DNA from: Patescibacteria group bacterium
Lineage (GTDB): Bacteria; Patescibacteriota; Minisyncoccia; Phycocordibacterales; SIBU01
DNA: 64,000 nucleotides
Direction: 5' to 3'
Assembly (NCBI GenBank): GCA_040390045.1
Contig: JAZJZC010000004.1
Location: forward strand, 67,157-131,156
Shown here: piece by piece, positions 38,401 to 48,758 of the stretch
How the letters are laid out: every line of letters starts with the position of its first letter
Position numbering within the stretch: position 1 is the first letter of the stretch
Notes under the pieces: model-generated
What the model saw: the letters and a program-made list of their open reading frames with translations, nothing else
What the model was told of the DNA's origin: nothing
The model's database searches: none
Position numbers and translations under genes: made by a program

Positions 38401-39145
38401 AAAACGAGCTCCAAAAAATCCAGCCGTTGTTTCTCGTGTAGATGGAGTTGTTACAGAAATTCGTGACATGGGTAAGGAAAAAATCATCATCGTTGTTCCC
38501 GACATTGCAGATAAATCAAAGACCAAGAAAAAGGCTGAGATTGAATACACGATGGGTTATGCTCGAATTTCATTTGTAAAGGTAGGAGATACGATTAAAA
38601 AGGGTGACGTTATTACCGACGGTTCAGTTGATATTGATGAACTCTTCAAATACGCTGGTCATGAAAAAACTGAAGACTACATCATCGCCGAAGTTACCAA
38701 GCCTTACGAGCTCCAAGGAGAAACTGTTTCTCGAAAACACATTGAAGTGATCGTCCGACAGATGTTCAGCCGACGAAAAGTTCTTGATGGTGGAGGCACT
38801 GCGCTTTCAACTGGAGAAATGATTGATCTCTACCAACTTCATCTAGAAAACGAAAAAGCTAAGGAAGCCGGACTTGAGGAAGCCAAGGTTGAACCAGTGA
38901 TCATGGGAATTTCAGAGGTATCACTTTCACGCAAAAGCTTCCTTTCAGCCGCTTCCTTCCAACACACCACTCGCGTACTTATCAATGCCGCTATTCGCGG
39001 TAACGAAGACAAACTACTCGGTCTCATGGAAAACGTTATTATCGGACGCTTGATCCCAGCTGGAACTGGAGTTGTTGGTGGAGCAAAAGCTAATCTCATT
39101 AAAGAAAAGAGAGCAGAAAAAGAAGCTGAAGCCGCTCGAAGCTAG
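35468..39145 (+). CDS. rpoC: RNA polymerase beta' subunit
   Basis: NADFDGD catalytic motif, zinc fingers, GEPGTQLTMRTFH. Confidence 0.99.
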   Translation: MIKSKTIGNLNTFESIGLKIASPERIKEWSYGEITKPETINYRTQRSEKSGLFDEKIFGPDRDYECYCGKYRGIRYKGIVCEKCGVEITRSIVRRERMGHIDLATPVSHIWFLRSMPSRLGLILGMATGDLEKVIYFAGYIVTKIFEDDRAQILKDLDAEYKSKVKSLQDEKSKDAIKEKCVAAKKEIESVQEGTVLDEVAYHNFSMKYGTLFEASIGAEAVYSLCKNIDLKKLENKLEQDFQEASSLEKDKINKRLSLVRSMINSNIRPEWMFLTRIPVIPPALRPMVPLDGGRYATSDVNDLYRRVINRNNRLKKLKEINAPDVILRNEKRILQEAVDSLIDNSIRHGNTPSGALNQSQRRPLKSLSDNLKGKRGLFRQNLLGKRVDYSARSVIVVGPELKLDQCGLPKHMALELFRPFVIGELLRRELAFNIRGAGRLIDEDVPEVWAILEEITKDKYVLLNRAPTLHRLGIQAFRPVLIEGNAIHVHPLVCTAFNADFDGDQMAVHLPLGVEAQLEAKEIMASDKNILKPGNGDPIVSAKMLDIVLGCYWMTKIIPGATGEGKYFSSPNAAITAFNFDAVEFRAKVKVMGTSNLKYKEFEGGLFETSVGRLLFNSVLPSDYPYINQDIERKKMAWLVDDLINRYGIKNIPPIMDKIKSFGFKYATYSGVTWGIDDVKIPEKKPEVIDAAKKKSDLVLNQYNEGLLSKEEKLRKNIEIWHGAKNEIEKLIPATLPVNGSVHDMVFSGARGSFSQITQMAGMKGLIQNTAGETIEFPILSSMKEGLTPIEYFITTHGSRKGLTDTALNTAKAGYLTRKLFVAAQDTIVTEEDCGTKDTLTIKRVGALGGDPTLAKHIKGRVLGADAIGKNGEVILKKGTLLSKIDALKIQDEGALEAKVRSPLTCKSIHGVCIKCYGVDLGKFESVGIGEAVGTVAAQAIGEPGTQLTMRTFHAGGTASVGGDITQGLPRVEELFEKRAPKNPAVVSRVDGVVTEIRDMGKEKIIIVVPDIADKSKTKKKAEIEYTMGYARISFVKVGDTIKKGDVITDGSVDIDELFKYAGHEKTEDYIIAEVTKPYELQGETVSRKHIEVIVRQMFSRRKVLDGGGTALSTGEMIDLYQLHLENEKAKEAGLEEAKVEPVIMGISEVSLSRKSFLSAASFQHTTRVLINAAIRGNEDKLLGLMENVIIGRLIPAGTGVVGGAKANLIKEKRAEKEAEAARS

Positions 39146-39154
39146 TTTTTCCGA

Positions 39155-39204
39155 TTGACGTCACAGAAACACTTGTATATACTTCTGTATATACAAGTGT
39201 TTCT
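39155..39204 (+). promoter_or_regulatory. mazEF promoter and palindromic operator
   Basis: TTGACG-17-TATACT overlapped by the perfect inverted repeat AGAAACACTTGTATATAC-ttct-GTATATACAAGTGTTTCT. Confidence 0.8.
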
Positions 39205-39214
39205 AGTAATTAAC

Positions 39215-39457
39215 ATGACAACGAAAATTCAAAAGTGGGGAAATAGTCTCGCTGTTCGCCTACCAAAAGAGGCGGCGGAAAACGCTGGTCTAAAACAAGG
39301 CTCAGTTGTATCTATCGTATCGAATGATGATTTGATTTCTATTAAACCGCTTTCGAAACCGAAAGAGACCCTTTCGCAACTTGTACGGAAAATTAGCGCC
39401 AAAAACAGACACGAGGAAATTGACTGGGGTAAAATGAAAGGCAAAGAAGTATGGTAA
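39215..39457 (+). CDS. mazE: AbrB/MazE antitoxin
   Basis: KIQKWGNSLAVRLPK..EIDWG...GKEVW. Confidence 0.93.
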   Translation: MTTKIQKWGNSLAVRLPKEAAENAGLKQGSVVSIVSNDDLISIKPLSKPKETLSQLVRKISAKNRHEEIDWGKMKGKEVW

Positions 39458-39792
39458 GACAAGCCTATATTCCCAATAGGGGCGACATCGTATGGATGAG
39501 CTTCGATCCTTCGTTTGGACATGAACAAGCAGGGAGAAGGCCGGCGTTAGTTGTATCGCCAAGGGTGTATAATAAAAAAACCAGCATGGCGATTTGTTGC
39601 CCAATTACGAGGTCAATCAAAGGTTACTCGTTTGAAGTTGAAATTTTGGTTGATGGTGTACAGAGTGTTGCACTAGCAGATCAAATCCGCGCACTCGATT
39701 GGTCAAAAAGAAAGTGCCAGTTCATAGGCAAGGTCTCTGAAGCGCAATTATCTGAGTTACAAAGCAAAATTAGTGAATTGATACAAGGATAA
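39451..39792 (+). CDS. mazF: MazF/PemK mRNA interferase toxin
   Basis: YIPNRGDIVWMSFDP..GHEQAGRRPALVVSP..YN..CPIT..DQIRALDW. Confidence 0.95.
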   Translation: MVRQAYIPNRGDIVWMSFDPSFGHEQAGRRPALVVSPRVYNKKTSMAICCPITRSIKGYSFEVEILVDGVQSVALADQIRALDWSKRKCQFIGKVSEAQLSELQSKISELIQG

Positions 39793-39794
39793 CT

Positions 39795-41561
39795 ATGTCA
39801 GGAAACGTAGATCAAATAAAAGAAAGGCTTAGCATAGTTGATGTTGTCGGTTCCTATGTTAAGCTCGAAAAAGCAGGTAGCAACTACAAAGCTCGGTGTC
39901 CATTTCATAATGAAAAGACGCCGTCCTTTTTCGTGTCGCCAGATAGAAATTCCTTTTACTGCTTCGGCTGCCAAGTGAAAGGTGATATTTTTTCCTTTGT
40001 CGAACAATTTGAAGGGTTGGATTTTGTCGGAGCACTAAAGGTTCTAGCTCAAAAAGCTGGAGTGACACTGGAACGAGAAAATCCTAAAGCTAAGAGCGAA
40101 AAAGACAGACTGTACTCAGTACTCGATGCTGCAACTAGCTTTTTCGAAAAATCATTGAGTTTGGATTCTGAGGCAAAAGAATATTTGGCCAAGAGGGGAG
40201 TAAAACCTGAAACTATTAAAGATTGGCGATTAGGTTTTGCGCCCGACTCTTGGAGGGCGCTGTACGATGATCTTACTGCCAAAGGCTTTACTACCGGAGA
40301 GATGATTTCTGCAGGACTTGTTAAGAAATCGGAGAAAGGTTTCTTCGATTTTTTCCGTGGCCGAATTATGTTTCCGATTTTTGACAGCTCAGAAAGAGTT
40401 ATCGGATTTTCCGGCAGAATTCTATCGCGACTTGATGACGGAAAAACTGGCAAATACGTCAATAGCCCTGAAACAATCCTGTTCAACAAGTCGCGAGTTC
40501 TGTACGGCTTGCACAAAGCGAAATACGACATTCGAAAACGTGATTATTCAATCATGGTGGAAGGCCAAATGGATCTGGTACTCTCACACCAGGCCGGCTT
40601 CAGCAACACTGTTGCCGTCTCAGGTACCGCACTTTCGCAAGACATTTTAAGTGATAATGGAGTGACTAATCTCGGACTGCTAACACGACTTTCAAAAAAC
40701 ATTATTCTTTCGTTCGATTCTGACGAGGCGGGTTTTAAGGCGTCCGCACGAAACGCTAAAACCGCGTTAATGCTTGGGATGGATGTAAAAGTTGCAAAGC
40801 TGCCACAGGGCGAGGATCCTGCTGATATTATCTTGAGAAATCCTGCCGAGTGGGCGGAAATTATTAAAAATTCCAAACACGTCATTGATTTTTCTCTCGA
40901 AACTCTGCTTGAGAAAAAACTTGAACCGCGAAAATTGGGTGTTGAGATTCAAAAACTCATACTGCCATACGTAAAATCGCTTCAAAGTGCTATCGATCAG
41001 TCACACTTTATAACAAAAATTTCCGCATTGGCTGGAATAAAAGAGGACGCGCTATGGGCTGAGTTTAAGAAAATTGAAGTGGAACCAGCGATTGAAACTT
41101 TGCAGTTTAAAACCTCCGAAACCGCTGAACCCAAAAAAGCCAACCGAAAAAATAATATCGAGAAAAAAGTTTTAGGGATTCTAGTCTGGCAAGAAGCCAA
41201 AAAGAGCGATCAGAAAATTAATGTTTCCGAACTTCGAAAAAACTTGGTAGCAATCTTAGGCAACGAACAGTTTAACCTTTTAGAAACCGCAAACAAAAAC
41301 AACCTTAATGATTTAATTTTTGAAGCCGAGCTGTCCTACGATAACTCCTTAAATCTCAAGCACACAATCGCAGAACTTTTACTTAATCTTGAAGAAGAAG
41401 TCATTGATCAAAAGTTGGCAGAAGCTATGAGCCTGTTGTATTCGAAGGAAAATAAAACCCATAGCGTGCATATGACCTCCGTTGACACTCTGTCACGAAG
41501 AAAGCAGGAATTACGTCTACTTAGAAGTAAATTGACCACAGAAAGTAGCAATAAATTATGA
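39795..41561 (+). CDS. dnaG: DNA primase
   Basis: CPFHNEKTPSF..CFGC zinc finger, KYVNSPET, EGQMD, FDSDEAG TOPRIM. Confidence 0.98.
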   Translation: MSGNVDQIKERLSIVDVVGSYVKLEKAGSNYKARCPFHNEKTPSFFVSPDRNSFYCFGCQVKGDIFSFVEQFEGLDFVGALKVLAQKAGVTLERENPKAKSEKDRLYSVLDAATSFFEKSLSLDSEAKEYLAKRGVKPETIKDWRLGFAPDSWRALYDDLTAKGFTTGEMISAGLVKKSEKGFFDFFRGRIMFPIFDSSERVIGFSGRILSRLDDGKTGKYVNSPETILFNKSRVLYGLHKAKYDIRKRDYSIMVEGQMDLVLSHQAGFSNTVAVSGTALSQDILSDNGVTNLGLLTRLSKNIILSFDSDEAGFKASARNAKTALMLGMDVKVAKLPQGEDPADIILRNPAEWAEIIKNSKHVIDFSLETLLEKKLEPRKLGVEIQKLILPYVKSLQSAIDQSHFITKISALAGIKEDALWAEFKKIEVEPAIETLQFKTSETAEPKKANRKNNIEKKVLGILVWQEAKKSDQKINVSELRKNLVAILGNEQFNLLETANKNNLNDLIFEAELSYDNSLNLKHTIAELLLNLEEEVIDQKLAEAMSLLYSKENKTHSVHMTSVDTLSRRKQELRLLRSKLTTESSNKL

Positions 41562-41638
41562 GGTAGTTTTATAAAGAAAACCCTTGATAACCCTGCTAAA
41601 TAGTGTTAAAGTGCCTTCAAATAAACCTAAATTTTGAT

Positions 41639-42862
41639 ATGAAAAAAACCAAAAGCAAAAAGTCTAAAATCGTAAAAAAGCCAGTTTCCAAGGCAAAAAC
41701 CTCTAAGAAGTCCAAAGCTCAAAAGGCTCCTAAAAAGAAGCTAAAATCAAAAGCCAAGGCTCCAAAAGCCTTCGTTTCCAAGAAAGACAAGGAAATGAAT
41801 GACAAAGCGCAGAAACTTTTCCTCAAGGGTAAGGATCGCGGTTTCGTCACTCACGATGAAATCCTCAAAGAATTTCCTCACATCGAGGACGATATTTTTT
41901 TCCTGGATCAACTCTATGCCAAACTTCACGATGGTGGAATTGACATCCTAGAAAGTGGTGGAATGCTCGACCTCGGTGATGAGGTTGCGACAAAGAAAAA
42001 TGTTTACGAAGGACGCGCATCAGAGTCTTCCTACGACTCGATCCAGATGTATCTGAAAGAAATTGGTCAGTACCCTTTGATTTACGCACAAGAGGAAAAA
42101 GATTTAGCCAAGAGAATTCAGACTGGCGATGAAGAAGCAAAAAATCTTTTGGCTCGTGCCAACCTCAGACTCGTGGTTTCAATTGCCAAAAAATACGTCG
42201 GTCGCTCGCCCGACCTCACCCTTCTCGACCTCATTCAAGAAGGTAACCTCGGTCTTTTCAAAGCAGTCGATAAATTCGATTGGACCAAAGGTTTCAAATT
42301 TTCAACCTACGCCACCTGGTGGATCCGCCAGGCTATTACTCGCGCCTTGGCAGACCAATCTCGCACCATTCGCGTCCCAGTACACATGGTAGAAACTATT
42401 GCTAAATACAAACAAGTCGTCCGCCGACTTTCTCAAGACCTAGGCCGCGATCCGTTACCTGAAGAAATTGCCGTTGAAATGGGACTTGATGTTGAGAAAG
42501 TTTATAATATTGAAAAAATTGATCAGGATACTGTATCACTCGAAAGCCCAGTAGGGGACGAAGGTGATGATGGTAAATCAACTCTCGGGGATTTTATCGC
42601 TGATGACAAAATTCTTTCACCTGACCACGAATCATCTCGCCGCATTCTTTCCGATCAAGTCAAAGAAATTCTCAACGATCTTTCAGAAAAAGAACGACGA
42701 ATTTTGGAAATGCGTCATGGACTAAATGACGGCGTCACTCACACCCTCGAAGAAGTCGGTCAAAAATTCGGCGTCACACGCGAGCGTATCCGCCAAATTG
42801 AAGCTAAAGCTCACGAAAAAATAAGACAACACGATAAGGCTAAAAGACTCGAAAATTACTAA
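41639..42862 (+). CDS. rpoD: Primary sigma-70 factor with a Lys-rich N-terminal extension
   Basis: [43 protein letters not shown]. Confidence 0.96.
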   Translation: MKKTKSKKSKIVKKPVSKAKTSKKSKAQKAPKKKLKSKAKAPKAFVSKKDKEMNDKAQKLFLKGKDRGFVTHDEILKEFPHIEDDIFFLDQLYAKLHDGGIDILESGGMLDLGDEVATKKNVYEGRASESSYDSIQMYLKEIGQYPLIYAQEEKDLAKRIQTGDEEAKNLLARANLRLVVSIAKKYVGRSPDLTLLDLIQEGNLGLFKAVDKFDWTKGFKFSTYATWWIRQAITRALADQSRTIRVPVHMVETIAKYKQVVRRLSQDLGRDPLPEEIAVEMGLDVEKVYNIEKIDQDTVSLESPVGDEGDDGKSTLGDFIADDKILSPDHESSRRILSDQVKEILNDLSEKERRILEMRHGLNDGVTHTLEEVGQKFGVTRERIRQIEAKAHEKIRQHDKAKRLENY

Positions 42863-42969
42863 TTTTAAAACCGCCCCCGATGAACATCGCGGGCGGTTTT
42901 GTATAAAGAAAAAACCCAATATCCGGAGATATTGGGTGCCTCGTTAAGTCGAGACTGACAGTGATACTG

Positions 42970-44382
42970 CTACTCAGTGGTGGCAGGCGGAACCGGAGTT
43001 CCCCGAAGCCAGTCGAAAAGGTTGCCCTCATCAAAAGCGGCAATAAGGTTGACCGCAACCTTCTTCAGATGATTTCCCAAATCCCTGCCTGCCCAGTTGG
43101 TGTTGTAATCGTAGGCAATGGGTTTATGGAAAATGTGCCAGTAGGGCCGATCGATGGCATTAAAACCCACTAGCCCTCCTTGATTAGCGCGGAGAAATGC
43201 AATCGTGTCCGCGACCATTTCATTGAACAATGGGAATGTCCCGGAATCCGAGAACCTTCCGATCACAAACATGTACGGGATTCCTTTTTTGAATCCTACA
43301 ACGTACGGATCAATTGATCGCAACCAGTTGGTGTTCTTCCAGTCGCCGCCAGCGACGTCATGATAAGGGGTCATTATCACGAGATAATCAAAAAGGCCAC
43401 GTGCCTCCCGAATTCGCCGCGAGATGGCTGGGGGAATCTGATCTCCTCCGTAGTGGCGAAGGGTCCGCGTGCGACGGTTGTACATCTGAAAAAAGTCCGC
43501 CCAGTTTTGATTGGGAAACAAGTTGCAGAAATACTTAGTCGATGAATGGACCTTCGGGTCCGGAACTTCCCAGATTTGATCCGCTTCGCGTGTCCCAGCC
43601 TCATCTGCCCAAAAATACCAAACTGGCACAGCGGTGAACAGGTCAGGTAGGTACTGGATCGGCAAGATCGTATCTCGCCGAACGAGATTCTCAGTGATCA
43701 TGAATCGAAGAGTCTCGCGAAACGATTTGAACCGGGCCACTTCGGCTCGGAGCGAATTGTTCTGCACATCCATGCCGAGCTCACTCTGGTTTTTAATGGC
43801 TTCATCAACTCCGGCATCAAGGGCGGTATCGTCCTCAGCCAGGCTAAATGTTGAGCCGAACTGGGCCAGCGCTGGGAACAGGTGCTCCAGGAAGAGCCGC
43901 ATCAGTTCGCCAACATTTTCCGGCACCGACGAGTCCCGAGGGACTTCCGATGCGGGTTGATTGGCAACCACCTGTGCGATCACCTCCGGCGGAATAGTTT
44001 TCACGCCCATGGCTTTCTGCCGAGCCGTCGGTTGTACCTCATTTGTAGCGAGTGCTCCTCCAGCGAATGGCGCCAGAGCAACAAAGCCCGGGATCGCTTG
44101 CGTGCCGGCGGGGATGAGCTCAATCTCAATGGTTTCAACAGCCCCGATGGCACGGTAGTACCCCGTTCCACGTTTCGGATCATTGGCCACATTAAACGAA
44201 ACCACCATACCCACGCGAGGTGGAGAGGAGCAGTCATCCTTATGCAGGAAGATGTCCGCGATGGTTTCGATGTTGTGTGGCCCACCATGGCTCATTGCCA
44301 CGGTCCTGATACCGATGAACGCGTATCCGTCATTACCCGGGACACTCACTACCCGGCCAGTGTATTTTCCAGCAGTTTGCAT
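42970..44382 (-). CDS. Cold-shock/OB-like N-terminal domain fused to a large unknown domain
   Basis: YTGRV..GYAFI..DIFLH..VGMVVSF resembles CSD RNP motifs; own TTGACA..TATAAT promoter. Confidence 0.65.
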   Translation of the reverse strand: MQTAGKYTGRVVSVPGNDGYAFIGIRTVAMSHGGPHNIETIADIFLHKDDCSSPPRVGMVVSFNVANDPKRGTGYYRAIGAVETIEIELIPAGTQAIPGFVALAPFAGGALATNEVQPTARQKAMGVKTIPPEVIAQVVANQPASEVPRDSSVPENVGELMRLFLEHLFPALAQFGSTFSLAEDDTALDAGVDEAIKNQSELGMDVQNNSLRAEVARFKSFRETLRFMITENLVRRDTILPIQYLPDLFTAVPVWYFWADEAGTREADQIWEVPDPKVHSSTKYFCNLFPNQNWADFFQMYNRRTRTLRHYGGDQIPPAISRRIREARGLFDYLVIMTPYHDVAGGDWKNTNWLRSIDPYVVGFKKGIPYMFVIGRFSDSGTFPLFNEMVADTIAFLRANQGGLVGFNAIDRPYWHIFHKPIAYDYNTNWAGRDLGNHLKKVAVNLIAAFDEGNLFDWLRGTPVPPATTE

Positions 44383-44575
44383 TGTTACCTTTCAGTCAGT
44401 TGGACAGTCAGTCAGAATCTTTCAAAGGACCTATCCGTTTCCTTCAGAGATACTAAACACCACAGCGGCGTTCAGTAGACTGAAGGAAACCTCGACGCAT
44501 TATAATACATTTATACCTACTTTGTCAACAATTAAAAAGACGCCTGAAAAGCGTCTAAAGATGAGGGTGATTTAA

Positions 44576-44845
44576 TCAAATTGGAGAGACCAAGAAGGGG
44601 TATTTGTCTGGATTGAAACCGCTTTCCTTGAGCGCATCGCGAAGGTCGGCAAGTCCAGCCCAAACTTGGTCCTTCTTTTTGCTACCACTGGGAAGGCTGA
44701 TTGAAAGAAGCTGGTTGACGCTATCAATTCGGTGCTTCAGCATAAACCGGAATGTCGGACGCCTGATTTTGAACCCAGCGTGAACGGAAAACTGGCCGAT
44801 TGACATGGCTCCCAATTTCGCCAGCCTTGAATTTTTTCTTCCCAT
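44576..44845 (-). CDS. Hypothetical protein
   Basis: Short ORF with a downstream hairpin; start uncertain. Confidence 0.45.
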   Translation of the reverse strand: MGRKNSRLAKLGAMSIGQFSVHAGFKIRRPTFRFMLKHRIDSVNQLLSISLPSGSKKKDQVWAGLADLRDALKESGFNPDKYPFLVSPI

Positions 44846-44921
44846 AACATTAGAACAATAGCTTTTCAAAGCTTACCCCACGTATTAATTTTGTGCAATT
44901 AGTCATGCTATACTTTTTGGC

Positions 44922-47840
44922 ATGGATTCACAGGAATTTACCAGGGCTTATAAAAACCTAAATTTAAAGCAAAAGGAAGCAGTAGACGCCATTGAAGGGC
45001 CGATCATGGTCATTGCTGGGCCTGGAACTGGTAAAACAACCATTCTTACCTTGCGTATTGCTCAAATTCTCCGTAAAACTGACACCCCTGCTTCTGGAAT
45101 TTTGGCAATTACCTACACTGAAGCGGGAGTCAAGGCCATGCGACAAAAGTTGCGACAAATTATTGGCTCGAGAGCGGATGAAGTGCGAATTCACACCTTT
45201 CATAATTTTGCCTCGTCCGTTATCGGAGAATTTAGAGATCATTTTGTGCATTTAGATCGAACGACCCAACTTAGTGATATCGAAGCTGAAAGTCTAATCC
45301 GTGAACTTTTAGAAACAGGAAAATTTCGTGACCTACGACCGTTTGGTAATCCTGATTTTTATATTCAAAAAATTATTAGTGCTATTAGCGATTCCAAGCG
45401 CGAGGCCTACACACCTGAGATGATACGGGCTTTTGTGGCGGATGAAAAAAAGAGAATTGAGAATGATGAGGAATCTGTTTCAACGCGCGGGAGTTCAAAG
45501 GGGGAGTTGAAAGCCGAGGCCAAAAAAGAGATCGAGAAAGGCGAGCGTACACTGGTTTTCGCTGATCTATACGAAGCGTACGAAAATAAAAAACGAGAGG
45601 ACAGGAAGATGGATTTTGATGACTTGATTATTGAACTCCTTTTAGCGCTCAGAAAAGACGAACTATTGTTGAGAATGCTACAGGAAAAATTTCTTTATTT
45701 ATTGGTAGACGAACATCAGGATACCAACAACTCCCAAAACGAGATTATTAAACTTTTGGCAAACTTTTTTGATGTGCCAAACATTTTCATAGTAGGAGAC
45801 GAGAAGCAATCAATCTATCGATTTCAAGGAGCGTCAGTTGAAAATTTTTTGAAGTTTCAAAGCTTGTGGAAAGATCTAAAAATCATTAACCTTGAAGCCA
45901 ACTACCGTTCTCACCAAAAAATCTTGGATGCCAGTTTTTCCATGATAGAGAACAACTATGCAAACGGTGAACATGAAAATTTACGAATTAAACTTCAAGC
46001 TAGTGGCGAAGAAGAGTCCCGTCCTGTGGATATTGTCAGCGGAAAAAACACCGAAACAATTGAAGAATATTTGATATCAGAACTAAGAACTATTCTAAAA
46101 AAAGAGCCCAAAGCCTCAGTAGCTCTTATCACCAAAACCAACCGTGACCTTGAGCGAGTACTTCGATTGTGTGAGACAAACAACGTGCCTGTTTCATCTG
46201 AACGAAGTGTCGATATTTTTAGCCATCCTATCGGTTCTTTATTTTTCGATCTTGCTGAGTTTTTATATGACCCGTCTCAACTAGAATTATTTGCTAAAAC
46301 CCTTATCGCTGGCCTGTGGGGAGTCACCTTTGAAAATTCAGTTGAATTATTGAAACTAATTAAAGCAGGTAAAAAAATCGATTTTTCAAAATTTCCTGAA
46401 CTTAAAATATTACAAAAAGAAATTACAAGTAACGGTGCCTTTAATTTTATAATTCTTCTAGCAGAGAAAAGTGGCTACGCAGCCATAACTGCTCGCGAGC
46501 CGGAGTATGTCGAAGTTTGGCGTGGCATTACCACATTGGCGGAAAATTTAATCCGCGAAGCCGATCTCACTGATCCACGAGAACTACTGAAACGACTTAT
46601 AGCTTACAAAACCTCGGCTGAAAACCGTAGTATTAAAATTAGTGTTGGAACACCAGATACCTCGATCCGAGCAATGACTGCCCACGGAAGTAAGGGTCTT
46701 GAATTTGATTACGTGTACATTCCATACGCCACTGAAGAGTCGTGGATCGGAAGAAATTGGGGCTATTATTTTGTTCTGCCAAAAACCAGAACTGCCAATG
46801 AGGTACCTGATGTCAGACGACTGTTTTACGTCGCACTTACACGTGCTCGCAAACATGTCACGATTCTTTTTGGAGAGGAGGAGCACGGCGATGGACTTTT
46901 GCCGTTGCGATTTATCGACGAGCTTGACCCAGCGCACACCTCGCGCATATCCTTGCCGGCTGGCTCTGTGAAAAAAGTGTCAGAAACTAAAGTACGCTCG
47001 CTCAGCGATCACAGCAAAAAAACTCTCGAGTATGCTAAACATCTTTTGCAAACCTCAGGATTATCGGTCACCGCGCTTAATCACTTTCTTGAGTGCCCGA
47101 GTGCTTTTCTCTATCAAAGTATTCTAAAACTTCCTCAAGCACCTGCGGCAACAGCCGAAAAGGGTAACGCCATGCATCTCGCTTTCTCAAAAGTTTGGGG
47201 ATCAGTGGATAAGAGCAAGAAAAATATTGAAAAAATTCTCACCGATACTACCGAATATTATTTTTCGGAATCGCTTTTGCCATTATTTGAAAAAGAAGCA
47301 GTGAAAAAAGAATTACTGCGAGATATTCCTATTGTTGCTCGCGAACTTGAATTTCATTTTGCTCAAGAAGGAAAAATATTTTCCGAAACATGGAGTGAGT
47401 CAGAGTTCAAAGGTAAACACCAAAAACAAGAAGTCGTGATTCCCGTTCACGGCAAAATCGACGCCATTGTCGATTCAGGGAAGGAAGCAAAAGTGTTTGA
47501 CTACAAGACTAAGAAAGCCATGTCTGAAAACGAGATTCGCGGTAATACCAAAAATAGCAACGGGGATTATTTCCGCCAATTAGTATTTTACAGACTGCTC
47601 CTTGAGCATGATTCTCGTTTTACAGGCCGCTTAATCACACCATCGCTTGTCTTTGCCGTTCCAGATGACAAGGGCAGATGTCCAACAATTACCTTAGCTG
47701 TTGAAAAAACTGATCTCGAAAAAATAAAAGCTGAAATTCAATCTTTGATCGATTCTGTTTGGTCGGGATCCCTTCTTACAGACAGATGTGAAGATCCAAA
47801 ATGTGAATGGTGTAAGCTCAAAGCAATATTACTCGCGTAG
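44922..47840 (+). CDS. UvrD/PcrA-family helicase with C-terminal PD-(D/E)XK nuclease
   Basis: AGPGTGKT, VDEHQD, VGDEKQSIYRF, NYRS, HGSKGLEF, YVALTRA; then LSVTAL..CP, GKID, DYKT, QL..Y, C..CEWC. Confidence 0.92.
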   Translation: MDSQEFTRAYKNLNLKQKEAVDAIEGPIMVIAGPGTGKTTILTLRIAQILRKTDTPASGILAITYTEAGVKAMRQKLRQIIGSRADEVRIHTFHNFASSVIGEFRDHFVHLDRTTQLSDIEAESLIRELLETGKFRDLRPFGNPDFYIQKIISAISDSKREAYTPEMIRAFVADEKKRIENDEESVSTRGSSKGELKAEAKKEIEKGERTLVFADLYEAYENKKREDRKMDFDDLIIELLLALRKDELLLRMLQEKFLYLLVDEHQDTNNSQNEIIKLLANFFDVPNIFIVGDEKQSIYRFQGASVENFLKFQSLWKDLKIINLEANYRSHQKILDASFSMIENNYANGEHENLRIKLQASGEEESRPVDIVSGKNTETIEEYLISELRTILKKEPKASVALITKTNRDLERVLRLCETNNVPVSSERSVDIFSHPIGSLFFDLAEFLYDPSQLELFAKTLIAGLWGVTFENSVELLKLIKAGKKIDFSKFPELKILQKEITSNGAFNFIILLAEKSGYAAITAREPEYVEVWRGITTLAENLIREADLTDPRELLKRLIAYKTSAENRSIKISVGTPDTSIRAMTAHGSKGLEFDYVYIPYATEESWIGRNWGYYFVLPKTRTANEVPDVRRLFYVALTRARKHVTILFGEEEHGDGLLPLRFIDELDPAHTSRISLPAGSVKKVSETKVRSLSDHSKKTLEYAKHLLQTSGLSVTALNHFLECPSAFLYQSILKLPQAPAATAEKGNAMHLAFSKVWGSVDKSKKNIEKILTDTTEYYFSESLLPLFEKEAVKKELLRDIPIVARELEFHFAQEGKIFSETWSESEFKGKHQKQEVVIPVHGKIDAIVDSGKEAKVFDYKTKKAMSENEIRGNTKNSNGDYFRQLVFYRLLLEHDSRFTGRLITPSLVFAVPDDKGRCPTITLAVEKTDLEKIKAEIQSLIDSVWSGSLLTDRCEDPKCEWCKLKAILLA

Positions 47841-47858
47841 GACTACTACACAATGTAA

Positions 47859-48683
47859 CTAGCTTTTCTTTAAGGCGAGATCGATAAATTGTTTTAGAGC
47901 CGCCATGTTCAAGTCACCGCTAATTTGAATTTTAGTTTTAGTTTTATCGATTACAAGAATGTTGGGAGTGCCGGGTGGACTCTGCCTCAAAAATGTTTGA
48001 TTGATTTCCAATAATTTAGCTTCAGATGATGCAATTAGTGGGGTGCTGAGGACGAAAACCGTATTTGGCGTTCCATTGACGTTTGCATTTAGGCCATCCT
48101 CAAAGTCTTTCTTAACGACATCGGCGTTGTCACCATTTGCCAGACAAGCATTAAATTTTGCAACATCCAATTTCATATCCCCAGCAATTTTTGGCAATTG
48201 CGCTGGATCAAGTCCGTTATTAGAAGGCGTGACTTTAAAAACTCGGGTCACAAAATCCCAGAAGGCTGGATCACCACCTTGATCGAAAGCGCACTCAGCG
48301 GCTTCAGATTCCTTGGGAGATTTTGGATGAATATCGAGAGGGAAGTGACGATAGACCCACGCCAAGTCACCATTTTTGCCATATTGATCCATCAATAGAT
48401 TAAGTTTAACATCATAGTCTTTACAAAACGGACATTCCAAATCTGAAAATTCAACCATGGTGATGCGCGCATTTGGATTGCCTAAAAGGTGATCGCTGCT
48501 GTCAATTTTTCGAATATTAATTTCTTGTGGTTCAGAATCGGCAACAACTGAGCTCGGGAGCAACGACGTATCTGCCATCTGGCCTCCACCTCTAGAAAAA
48601 AAGACTGCGCCGCCAATAATAATACCAGCGAGAACAATCGCCATCGGTAGTGATAATTGAGTTTTTTGTGGTTCTGTTTCCAT
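47859..48683 (-). CDS. DsbA-family thioredoxin-fold protein
   Basis: EFSDLECPFC, YRHFPL, GTP; N-terminal TM helix. Confidence 0.92.
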   Translation of the reverse strand: METEPQKTQLSLPMAIVLAGIIIGGAVFFSRGGGQMADTSLLPSSVVADSEPQEINIRKIDSSDHLLGNPNARITMVEFSDLECPFCKDYDVKLNLLMDQYGKNGDLAWVYRHFPLDIHPKSPKESEAAECAFDQGGDPAFWDFVTRVFKVTPSNNGLDPAQLPKIAGDMKLDVAKFNACLANGDNADVVKKDFEDGLNANVNGTPNTVFVLSTPLIASSEAKLLEINQTFLRQSPPGTPNILVIDKTKTKIQISGDLNMAALKQFIDLALKKS

Positions 48684-48758
48684 ACTTTAAAATTATTTTA
48701 GAATTGTAACATATGGCCAAATAATAAAATAGCGTCAAGTAACACTCGACGCTACACA

